A model generated the notes under the pieces. That model was given only the letters and a program-made list of their open reading frames with translations. It made no database searches and was not told the DNA's origin. From NCBI GenBank assembly GCA_048882385.1, contig JBHLRQ010000053.1:1-20976 (forward strand): a stretch of DNA of 20,976 nucleotides, written 5' to 3'. Shown in pieces: positions 8,422 to 16,501 of the stretch. This stretch comes from Candidatus Thorarchaeota archaeon. Its GTDB lineage: Archaea; Asgardarchaeota; Thorarchaeia; Thorarchaeales; Thorarchaeaceae. How positions within the stretch are numbered: the first letter of the stretch is position 1; each line of letters starts with the position of its first letter. The position numbers and the translations under genes are program-made.

Positions 8422-9084
8422 ATGACGGTTGAAAGCGATCTTGTACAAATAACTCTGCAAAGTCTCTTCATATCAGGGTCTGCAGCGCTCTTGGCTTCTG
8501 CAATTGGACTACCTATTGGCCTTTTTCTAGGCCTCAAGAAATTTAGAGGACGGTCAATCATTGTTGGAGGATTCAATTCACTGATGGGTTTACCAACTGT
8601 CGCTCTTGGGCTTGTTCTCTATCTGACATTTTCAAATGCAGGACCACTAGGATTTCTCGATTTGCTCTATACTCCAGCGGGCATCATCGTTGGTCAGACC
8701 ATTTTGGTAATTCCAATAATGATCAGTATCACAACTGAAACCATCACGAGCGTTGACGATTCAATAAGAGAACTGGCTCTTACTCTCGGAGCAGATGAAA
8801 AGGCTGCAGCTTTCTCAGTTGTTCGCGAATCAGTTGGTGGAATCATGCTAGCGGGTTCAGCAAGTTTTAGTAGGGCAATTGCTGAGCTTGGTGTTGCTCT
8901 CATGATTGGGGGCAACATCAAAGGGCTGACAAGAATCCTTACAACATCAATTGCTCTTGAAACAACAAGGGGAGAGATAGCTCTTGGTCTTGGGCTCATG
9001 ATAATCCTACTTGTACTAATTCTCTTCGTGAATACAGGTCTTGGTGTGCTTCGAAAAAGGGTTCAGTGGTGGTTATGGGAATAA
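8422..9084 (+). CDS. tupB: Tungstate ABC transporter permease
   Basis: Hydrophobic protein with MGLPTVALGL, GPLGFLDLLYT, ALTLGA, FSRAIAELGVALMIGGNIKGLTRILTTSIALET. Confidence 0.92.
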   Translation: MTVESDLVQITLQSLFISGSAALLASAIGLPIGLFLGLKKFRGRSIIVGGFNSLMGLPTVALGLVLYLTFSNAGPLGFLDLLYTPAGIIVGQTILVIPIMISITTETITSVDDSIRELALTLGADEKAAAFSVVRESVGGIMLAGSASFSRAIAELGVALMIGGNIKGLTRILTTSIALETTRGEIALGLGLMIILLVLILFVNTGLGVLRKRVQWWLWE

Positions 9085-10148
9085 TTCAGCTAGAGAATGT
9101 GGGAGTGTTTTTTGGTGCTCTGAAGGCACTTGACGACGTAAGCTTCTCAATCAATGAAGGAGAGAGGTTTTCAATCATCGGTCCTAATGGTGCAGGAAAA
9201 ACTACTGCTCTGAGAGTCATTGCTGGTCTGTTGAAACCTTCTGAAGGAGAAGTGTTGTTTCATGACAAACTCATTACAGAAACCAATCGGCAAGACCTCA
9301 GAAGACAGGCTCCGTTGGTTTTTCAGAAGCCCACTCTTTTCAACACTACCCTATTCAAGAATGTAGCTTATGGATTGAGAATTCGAGGTATTGCGGAGAA
9401 ACAAGTGAAAAGAACTGTATTGGAAACCCTTGAACTTGTCCAGCTAACCGATCTTAAGGACAGACTCGCTAAGAACTTGTCAGGTGGTGAACAACGACGA
9501 GCCTCGCTAGCAATGGCAATCGCCCTAGACACAGAACTATTACTTGTAGATGAGCCAACAGCCTACCTAGATAATGAGAGCGCGGAGATTGTTGAAGCCA
9601 CATTAATGCGTCTTAACTCAGAAAGAGGAACAACAATTGTGATGGTCACACATAATTTTCTGCAGGCAGAGGTACTGGCAAATAGAGCCGCAATACTTCA
9701 GCATGGGAGAATATCAAAGATTGGAACTGTTGGTGAGATTTTCAGATCAGAATTGGAAGGGCTTCTTCAAGACGAGTACAAGAGCAATACTTTCTCAGGT
9801 GTGGCAAGATCTAGTAGCGAACAGGATCAAGGGAGAAAACTTGTCACTATTGAGCTTGAAAACGGGGTGACTATCGAAGCGCTTGGCAAAGTATTGGGAA
9901 ATGTGACAGCCTATATTCCGCCCCAAGACATCATAATTTCACGAGAAGTTGTTCTCTCAAGTGCCCGAAACTGTCTATTGGGAAAAGTGACCAGAATACA
10001 AACCCGCGAGTCTACTGCCCTATTGACAGTGGATGTTGGTGTAGAATTTTTAGTCCAAATAACCAACACATCCAAAGATCGACTCGATATTTCGGTCGAT
10101 GATGAAGTCTATGTGACCTTCAAAGCATCTTCTGTGAGAATCTTCTGA
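9075..10148 (+). CDS. tupC: Tungstate/molybdate ABC transporter ATPase with C-terminal TOBE domains
   Basis: Walker A GPNGAGKT, signature LSGGEQ, Walker B LLLVDEPT, H-loop VTHN, and a C-terminal SSARN...FKASSV TOBE/mop motif. The ATG at 9075 is preferred over the GTG at 9066. Confidence 0.88.
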   Translation: MGIIQLENVGVFFGALKALDDVSFSINEGERFSIIGPNGAGKTTALRVIAGLLKPSEGEVLFHDKLITETNRQDLRRQAPLVFQKPTLFNTTLFKNVAYGLRIRGIAEKQVKRTVLETLELVQLTDLKDRLAKNLSGGEQRRASLAMAIALDTELLLVDEPTAYLDNESAEIVEATLMRLNSERGTTIVMVTHNFLQAEVLANRAAILQHGRISKIGTVGEIFRSELEGLLQDEYKSNTFSGVARSSSEQDQGRKLVTIELENGVTIEALGKVLGNVTAYIPPQDIIISREVVLSSARNCLLGKVTRIQTRESTALLTVDVGVEFLVQITNTSKDRLDISVDDEVYVTFKASSVRIF

Positions 10149-10158
10149 ATAGTCATGA

Positions 10159-10180
10159 GATTTGTAGTGGATTTGTAGTG
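10159..10180. repeat. Exact 11-bp tandem direct repeat (GATTTGTAGTG x2)
   Basis: 10159-10169 and 10170-10180 are identical and lie in the tupC-moaA intergenic region. Confidence 0.85.
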
Positions 10181-10181
10181 T

Positions 10182-10205
10182 CGATATGCATGATAGAACA
10201 TAACA
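10182..10205. promoter_or_regulatory. Second ModE-box-like operator upstream of moaA
   Basis: CGATATGCATGATAGAACATAACA is 17/24 identical, without gaps, to the tupA palindrome. A TATA-like TTATTAT follows at 10207-10213. Confidence 0.62.
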
Positions 10206-10239
10206 CTTATTATCGCGAATCAATCTAGCGCGTAGGAAC

Positions 10240-11229
10240 ATGTCTACTCACAAGCCCGCACATGCAGATTCAGAGAACTGTGTTTCAGAGGAGCAATGTT
10301 ATGTCGATAGATTTGGAAGACATATCGATAACCTACGGATATCTCTGACACAGGATTGCTGTTTTTCATGTTTCTTTTGCCACAAAGAAGGCGAAGACCA
10401 TGCTAGAAGGGAGATATCAGCTGAACAGATAGAGCGAATTGTCAAACATGCGAGTAGACATGGCGTGCATAATGTGAAGCTAACAGGAGGAGAGCCACTC
10501 CTACGAAAAGATATCCTCGACATCATCAGAAGGATTTCACCTCACGTTTCGGATCTTTCGATAACAACTAATGGTGTCTTTTTGGATGAAATGTCAGAAG
10601 ACCTCAAGGAGGCAGGTCTTACACGAGTGAATGTAAGTATCCATTCCCTAGAATCAGAAACATACTACAGAATTACTGGTTTTGATGAACTGGAAAGAGT
10701 CAAACGAGGTATCAAGCGTGCTATCGATGTAGGTCTTTCTCCAGTGAAGATTAACATGACTATCCTCCGAGGGTACAATGAGGACAGTATTGCGGACCTT
10801 ATGGGATTTGCATCGGAGATGGGAGCAATACTTCAGATTATTGAGCTTCAGCAGATTCCGGGAGTAGATTCAAGTAGTCAAATGGATCTTTGGGTTGATT
10901 TGGGACCTCTTGAGGAGAGTCTTAGAGAACGAGCAATCAAGACTGAAAAACGAAGGACACAAAGTCGATACCAATACACGATTGCCCTTGGTTCACAACG
11001 AAGTGTAGTTGTAGAAATTGTACGTCCGATGTATAATGCAGCCTTCTGTGATGAATGCACACGGTTACGAGTGACATCAGATGGTAAATTGAAACCCTGT
11101 TTGTACAGATTGGACAATATGATTGAGGTTTTTTCCTGTGGAGACCAGACTAGTACCATAGATACAGTTGAGCTAGCGTTTGAACAAGCTGTATCCAACA
11201 GAGAACCGTATTGGAGAGAGGATCGCTGA
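10240..11229 (+). CDS. moaA: GTP 3',8-cyclase (radical SAM)
   Basis: DRFGR..NLRISLT, CxxxCxxC (CCFSCFFC), KLTGGEPLLR, TTNG, RVNVS, FCDECTRLRVTSDGKLKPCL, and an archaeal-type C-terminus REPYW without the GG tail. Confidence 0.95.
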   Translation: MSTHKPAHADSENCVSEEQCYVDRFGRHIDNLRISLTQDCCFSCFFCHKEGEDHARREISAEQIERIVKHASRHGVHNVKLTGGEPLLRKDILDIIRRISPHVSDLSITTNGVFLDEMSEDLKEAGLTRVNVSIHSLESETYYRITGFDELERVKRGIKRAIDVGLSPVKINMTILRGYNEDSIADLMGFASEMGAILQIIELQQIPGVDSSSQMDLWVDLGPLEESLRERAIKTEKRRTQSRYQYTIALGSQRSVVVEIVRPMYNAAFCDECTRLRVTSDGKLKPCLYRLDNMIEVFSCGDQTSTIDTVELAFEQAVSNREPYWREDR

Positions 11230-11630
11230 TTCGTATTACCGAGGATGATTTTCAAATTGACCAAGTTGTAGCACATACAAGAAAACCATCAATGGGATGT
11301 CTTGTTCTATTCCTTGGAACTGTCAGAGACATGACAGAGGGAAAGGCAGTCCAACGAATTCATCTTGAGGCAGATGAAGAAGAGGCGGTCATGCAGCTTG
11401 AGCAGATTCGGAATGAAGTCATAGATGAATTTGGAGTGACTGATGTTTCAATCATACACAGAGTTGGTACTCTTGAGGTGGGTGAGAATATAGTCATCAT
11501 AGCTGTCGGAGCAGGGCATCGTCCAGAAGCGTTTGCTGGTTGCCGTCATGCTATCGAACGGTTGAAGGAATTCGTCCACATTTGGAAGAAGGAGTTCACT
11601 CAATCTGACGAATATTGGGTTGGTGATTGA
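11211..11630 (+). CDS. moaE: Molybdopterin synthase catalytic subunit
   Basis: GCLVLFLGTVRD, HRVGTLEVGE, HRPEAF, IERLK..VHIWKKE. The start is uncertain (TTG 11211 or CTG 11226). Confidence 0.93.
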   Translation: MERGSLIRITEDDFQIDQVVAHTRKPSMGCLVLFLGTVRDMTEGKAVQRIHLEADEEEAVMQLEQIRNEVIDEFGVTDVSIIHRVGTLEVGENIVIIAVGAGHRPEAFAGCRHAIERLKEFVHIWKKEFTQSDEYWVGD

Positions 11631-11633
11631 ACT

Positions 11634-12089
11634 ATGGATGAGAAAAAACAGTCTATCAGAATGGTAGATGTTTCGGGAAAGAACATGGTGAAACGCTATG
11701 CTGAAGCTGTTGGAAACATAGTTCTTCAGCCTGAAACAATAACCAAGATTAGAGATGGAACTACGAAGAAAGGGAATGTACTTGCAGTCGCTGAAACTGC
11801 AGGGATACTTGCTGCTAAGCACACCTCTGATTCAATACCTTTGTGTCATCAGATTCCACTAACATCAGTCGAGATTGGATTTGAGTTCGCTAAAACTGGA
11901 ATCCAAGCCACATGTAGAGTTTCAGCAATATACCTGACTGGGGTGGAGATGGAAGCACTCACGGGGGTTACGATAGCATTACTCTCAATCTGGGACATGG
12001 TCAAATATCTGGAGAAGGATTCAGAGGGACAATATCCTCATGCCAGACTCGAAAACATTAGAGTTACAATGAAGAGGAAAGGTGAATAG
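11634..12089 (+). CDS. moaC: Cyclic pyranopterin monophosphate synthase
   Basis: MVDVSGK, KKGNVL, AGILAAK, IPLCHQI, TGVEMEALTG, IWDMVK. Confidence 0.96.
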   Translation: MDEKKQSIRMVDVSGKNMVKRYAEAVGNIVLQPETITKIRDGTTKKGNVLAVAETAGILAAKHTSDSIPLCHQIPLTSVEIGFEFAKTGIQATCRVSAIYLTGVEMEALTGVTIALLSIWDMVKYLEKDSEGQYPHARLENIRVTMKRKGE

Positions 12090-12092
12090 GTA

Positions 12093-12590
12093 ATGGATGA
12101 GCATAGGCGAGACCAGAGAGTTGAGGCTGGTTTTGCTGTATTGATTGTAAGCGATAGCAGAACGAAAGAAACTGATAAGTCTGGGAAGATAGCAATTGAG
12201 TTGCTTGAAGCAGAGGGTCACAAAACGATTGCGTATGATATTGTAAAGAATGATAGTCAGGCAATTGGGGAAGCAGTTAGAGTATATGCGGCAAATCCTG
12301 ACATAAGAGTGATTCTTACCAGTGGCGGAACAGGTGTGAGCAGTAAGGACCTCACGGTTGCTACTGTTGCTCCGATGTTTGATGAAACACTTCCAGGATT
12401 TGGTGAGTACTTCAGAAAGCTGAGTTTCGATGAAATAGGAATTGCAGGCATATTTAGTCGGTCTACTGCAGGTTTGATTGAAAACAAGGTCACATTTTGT
12501 CTTCCAGGGTCTAAGAATGCAGTTCGAACCGCTCTCACCAAGATCATCTTACCAGGAATTGGACACTTACTCTGGGAGGTGGATAGATGA
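12093..12590 (+). CDS. moaB: Molybdopterin adenylyltransferase MoaB/MogA family
   Basis: VSDSR...DKSG, TSGGTG...DLT, LPGFGEYFR, SRSTAG, FCLPGS. Confidence 0.93.
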   Translation: MDEHRRDQRVEAGFAVLIVSDSRTKETDKSGKIAIELLEAEGHKTIAYDIVKNDSQAIGEAVRVYAANPDIRVILTSGGTGVSSKDLTVATVAPMFDETLPGFGEYFRKLSFDEIGIAGIFSRSTAGLIENKVTFCLPGSKNAVRTALTKIILPGIGHLLWEVDR

Positions 12591-13801
12591 AAGGGATGGA
12601 GCCATTCAGCCTTCTTGTTTCACACGAGGAGGCATTAGAACACATTCTATCAAGTGCAAAGGAGATCGAACGCATCGAAAACATCGATGTTAGTGAAGCA
12701 GTTGGACGTGTCTTGGCTGAAGACATAATTGCAGATAGATCTGTACCCCCTTTTGATAGGTCAGCAATGGACGGCTATGCTGTGGTTGCAGAAGACACCT
12801 TCAATGCAGGACATGAAGAAGTACTTCTTGAAGTGGATGGAGTCATACACGCAGGCGAGATTTCAGAGGTCGAAGTCACTTCGGGCCATTGCGTGCAGAT
12901 AGCCACAGGTTCACCAAAACCATCTGGGGCAGATGCTGTAGTGATGGTGGAGTTTACAGAGAAGAAGGGGAACAGAGTCTTAGTCACAAAGCCTGTCCAT
13001 CCAGGAGCGAACATATCCAAGTTAGGCGAGGACATCAAAAAGGGAGATGTTGTCCTCAAAAAAGGAGTGCATTTGACTCCTTCAAAGATTGGAACATTAT
13101 CAGCCTTAGGGATAACCGGCGTTGACGTGTATGAGAAACCAAGAGTCAGTGTCATTCCTACAGGTACAGAAATCGTTCAACCAGGGCAGCAATTAAGTCC
13201 AGGTCAAATCTATGACGTGAACTCATTCACACTTGAGGCCATTCTCAGAAAGAATGGGGCTATTGTTCAAAGGAAACCAATCATTACTGATGATCGCCAA
13301 TTGCTAAAGGAGGGAATTGAAAAGGCCCTGGAGTCAGACATGGTCGTTCTGTCGGGAGGTAGTTCAGTTGGAGAGAAGGACCTACTTGCAGGGATCTTAG
13401 AGGACCTTGGTCAAGTACTCTTTCATGGTGTACAAATAAAACCCGGAAAACCCACGTTATATGGAATAATTCAAGGAAAACCAATCTTCGGTATGCCTGG
13501 ATTTCCAACATCATGCCTTAGTAATGCACATGTTTTCCTCGTTCCTGCAATTAGAAAGATGGCCAGACTACCAAGTGGCAAAGAGAGGATTGTAAAAGCG
13601 AAGATGGGAAAACGAATCGTTTCATCATCAGGTCGGAAACAATTCTTGACCGTTCGCATAGAGAACGGCGTGGCATACCCAGTCTTCAAACATTCTGGCG
13701 CTATTACAAGCATGGCACAGGCTGATGGATATATCATGTTACCAGTCAATCTAGATGTAATTGAAGAGGGAGAGGAAATTGAAGTCGTCTTATTAGACTG
13801 A
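12587..13801 (+). CDS. moeA: Molybdopterin molybdenum/tungsten transferase
   Basis: GRVLAED, PPFDRSAMDGYAV, IATG..P.GADAVVMVE, GEDI, TGTE, SGGSSVG, IKPGKP, GMPGFP, SGAITS...ADG. ATGA overlap with moaB. Confidence 0.96.
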   Translation: MKGMEPFSLLVSHEEALEHILSSAKEIERIENIDVSEAVGRVLAEDIIADRSVPPFDRSAMDGYAVVAEDTFNAGHEEVLLEVDGVIHAGEISEVEVTSGHCVQIATGSPKPSGADAVVMVEFTEKKGNRVLVTKPVHPGANISKLGEDIKKGDVVLKKGVHLTPSKIGTLSALGITGVDVYEKPRVSVIPTGTEIVQPGQQLSPGQIYDVNSFTLEAILRKNGAIVQRKPIITDDRQLLKEGIEKALESDMVVLSGGSSVGEKDLLAGILEDLGQVLFHGVQIKPGKPTLYGIIQGKPIFGMPGFPTSCLSNAHVFLVPAIRKMARLPSGKERIVKAKMGKRIVSSSGRKQFLTVRIENGVAYPVFKHSGAITSMAQADGYIMLPVNLDVIEEGEEIEVVLLD

Positions 13802-13889
13802 CGAAATCAAATATGTGGTAACCTTTTTCAATCTAGTATTTTGCCAGATGTCATTCCACAGATGCACTTGATTCGTCGATGAGGAAAAA

Positions 13890-15236
13890 ATGATGGTCAC
13901 CAATATTGTTGTTGTCGGCATGGGTTATGTTGGGATACCATGTGCAGCATTACTTGCAGATGTACCAGATAATCGGGTTGTAGGTCTTCAGAGGAGGTCA
14001 AAAAGATCCGGATGGAAGATCGAACACCTCAATGCTGGAAAGTCACCCTTTGAGGGAGATGAACCAGGCCTTGATGAGCTAATTGCCAAAGTTGTAGAAA
14101 AAGGGTCTTTCAGGGTCACTGATGATGTTGACGTATTGAAAGATGCAGATATCATCCTGATCGATGTACAAACTCCCACAGATGAAAACCATATTCCTCA
14201 GTATAACTCTTTGAGAGAAGTTAGTGCACAGATAGGCAAACGTCTGAAGAAAGGGTCTTTGGTAGTTGTAGAGTCCACCGTTGCTCCAGGAACTACACAG
14301 AATATCGTCCAGAAGATTATAGAAGAAAACTCGGGTTTCAAAGGTGGAGAGGATTTCGATCTAGCATTCGCTTACGAGAGGGTGATGCCTGGGAAACTGA
14401 TCAGGAACATTGTACACCTTCCAAGGATTGTTGGTGGAATCACTAAGAAAGGCGCAGAACGTGCCGTTGAGATGTACTCAAAGATTGTAAAAGCAAAGGT
14501 CCACCTGACAGATGTTCTGACCGCAGAGGTTTCAAAGACAATTGAGAACGCATATCGAGATGTCAACATTGCATTCGCAAATGAGATGGCACTCGTTTGC
14601 GAAAGTCTTGGTGTGAATGTGTATGAGATAATCGATCTTGTGAACGAGCTTCCAAGTCGAATGATGCACATTCCTGGAGCAGGTGTAGGAGGTCATTGCC
14701 TGCCAAAAGACACGTGGTTATTGAGGTATGGGATCAGTGAATATGGATCTCAAAAAATCGAGCCCCGGTTTATCTCTCTAGCAAGAGAGATCAACAACTA
14801 CATGCCCATACACATGGCATTCCTCATTGAAGATGCTCTCGAAAAGAAAGGCGTGAAACTTCAGGGAGCCACAGTAACAATCCTTGGAATCGCATACTTA
14901 GAGAATGCTGATGATACTAGGAACACACCCGCTCTTGCACTCATCAACACTCTAGAAGCAAAGGGTGCAAAGGTAGTTCTTCATGACCCATATGTGCAAG
15001 TTTGGGATCTGGGACCTCATGAGATTGAGAGGGATCTTTTCACAGCAGCTAAGGACTCTGACTGTCTTGCGCTCGTTACCAGACATAGAGATTACAATGA
15101 AATTGACTTTGGCAAACTAAAACAGGTCATGAGAACGCATACTCTAGTAGATGGCAGAAATGTCTATGAAAAAGACCTGTTAGTCACACAAGGCTTTGAA
15201 TACAGAGCAGTAGGAAAAGATGGTCTTAGAGAATAG
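13890..15236 (+). CDS. Nucleotide-sugar dehydrogenase (UDP-GlcNAc/UDP-ManNAc dehydrogenase family)
   Basis: GMGYVG, VQTP, ESTVAPGTT, ERVMPG, K.IENAYRDVNIAFANE, catalytic GVGGHCLPKD, DDTRNTP, HDP, DGRN. Confidence 0.92.
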   Translation: MMVTNIVVVGMGYVGIPCAALLADVPDNRVVGLQRRSKRSGWKIEHLNAGKSPFEGDEPGLDELIAKVVEKGSFRVTDDVDVLKDADIILIDVQTPTDENHIPQYNSLREVSAQIGKRLKKGSLVVVESTVAPGTTQNIVQKIIEENSGFKGGEDFDLAFAYERVMPGKLIRNIVHLPRIVGGITKKGAERAVEMYSKIVKAKVHLTDVLTAEVSKTIENAYRDVNIAFANEMALVCESLGVNVYEIIDLVNELPSRMMHIPGAGVGGHCLPKDTWLLRYGISEYGSQKIEPRFISLAREINNYMPIHMAFLIEDALEKKGVKLQGATVTILGIAYLENADDTRNTPALALINTLEAKGAKVVLHDPYVQVWDLGPHEIERDLFTAAKDSDCLALVTRHRDYNEIDFGKLKQVMRTHTLVDGRNVYEKDLLVTQGFEYRAVGKDGLRE

Positions 15237-15256
15237 ACCCCTTTCCCAACTATTCA

Positions 15257-16498
15257 TTATGCACCGAACTTTTCTATATACCCAGAGTATCCAAGAAGGA
15301 GAGGCATAACATCAATTCCTCTGATCGTATGAAGTGCTCCATCTGCAGCATCCAACTCTGAGAATCTTTTCACGGAGTCTGAGCGGATGAAATTGGACCA
15401 GAAAACGATTGGAACAGGATCACATTGGTGTTCTCCTACAGACACGGGAGTTGTATGGTCACCTGTGACTGCTATGACTACCTCATCAGCCACAGCATTC
15501 AGGATTTTTCCCACCATGGCATCAGTCTTCTCAATAGCCAGAACTTTCTCTTTCGCGTTTCCATCGTGACTAGCATTGTCTGGTGCCTTGATATGGACAA
15601 ACACATAATTGTAGTCTGACCTGATAGTTTCGATTGTCTTCTCTGCAATATTGTCAAAGTTCGTATCGATTGTTCCCGTTTGACCTTCAACAGGAATGTG
15701 GTCCATTCCTACATATTTTGCAGTTCCAATGTATAGTGCTCCACCAGCAATCACAGCAGCCTTTATTCCGTAACGTGCAGGAATAGGTGGAACATCACTA
15801 TGACGTCCTGGACCTCTGAGAAGAATGGCGTTAGCAAGGGGAATTCCTTTCTTTGCGCGCTCCTTGTTTGTTTCAAGGCCCTTCATCTTTTCATGTGCAA
15901 CTCGCATCAGTTTGTTGACTACATTGGCTGTCTTCTCAGCCTCAGGTTTGAGAGGTCGAACAGTAAGGATTTTCTTTCCTGTTTCGTGAGGATCAACATC
16001 ACTGATATCAGCATAGAGACCTTCACCCTCTAGAACCAAAGCTCCTCTATGTTCAACCGTAGCAATGAATCGAACCTTTATACCATCAATCTCAATTCCA
16101 TCAAGAGCGGCTTGCAGCTCAGCTTGTTCTTCAGGTGTGAAGTCCCTACCAGCTCGACGGTCTAAGACGATCATATTGGAATCGACCGTTGCAAAGTTTG
16201 ATCTAAAGGCAACATCACCCGGTTTTGTTTCAAGTCCTGCACCAAAAGCTTCCAACGGACCTCGCCCGGGATATTCAGTGACCGGATCATAACCAAAGAG
16301 AGCTAAATGAGCGGTGTCTGAACCGGGTGTTAAGCCTGGTCCGATAACATTCATCAATCCGTTTTGGCCCTCAGAAGCTAGTCTATCGAAGGTTGACGTC
16401 TTGGCAAACTGAAGAGGCGTCTTACCTCCAAGCTCCTTAAGAGGTCTGTCACCCACTCCATCCATCACAACAAACACTGCAGTTCTCTTGTCACTCAT
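15257..16498 (-). CDS. apgM: 2,3-bisphosphoglycerate-independent phosphoglycerate mutase, archaeal type
   Basis: MDGVGDRP, KTPLQFA, PGSDTAHLALFGYDP, GRGPLEA.G, DVAFRSNFAT, DRRAGR, HIKAPDNASHDG, TGDHTTP, H..DPVP. Confidence 0.95.
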   Translation of the reverse strand: MSDKRTAVFVVMDGVGDRPLKELGGKTPLQFAKTSTFDRLASEGQNGLMNVIGPGLTPGSDTAHLALFGYDPVTEYPGRGPLEAFGAGLETKPGDVAFRSNFATVDSNMIVLDRRAGRDFTPEEQAELQAALDGIEIDGIKVRFIATVEHRGALVLEGEGLYADISDVDPHETGKKILTVRPLKPEAEKTANVVNKLMRVAHEKMKGLETNKERAKKGIPLANAILLRGPGRHSDVPPIPARYGIKAAVIAGGALYIGTAKYVGMDHIPVEGQTGTIDTNFDNIAEKTIETIRSDYNYVFVHIKAPDNASHDGNAKEKVLAIEKTDAMVGKILNAVADEVVIAVTGDHTTPVSVGEHQCDPVPIVFWSNFIRSDSVKRFSELDAADGALHTIRGIDVMPLLLGYSGYIEKFGA

Positions 16499-16501
16499 TG
16501 C

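Noticed and set aside
10149-10239. Moco/Wco riboswitch upstream of moaA or tupA
   Set aside because: The intergenic regions are short (about 90-110 bp) and AT-rich, with no multi-stem structure. A DNA operator explains the signal better.
6444-13801. Selenocysteine or pyrrolysine readthrough in the Fe-S or cofactor genes
   Set aside because: All ORFs are full length for their families, with no internal TGA/TAG at conserved positions and no evident SECIS.
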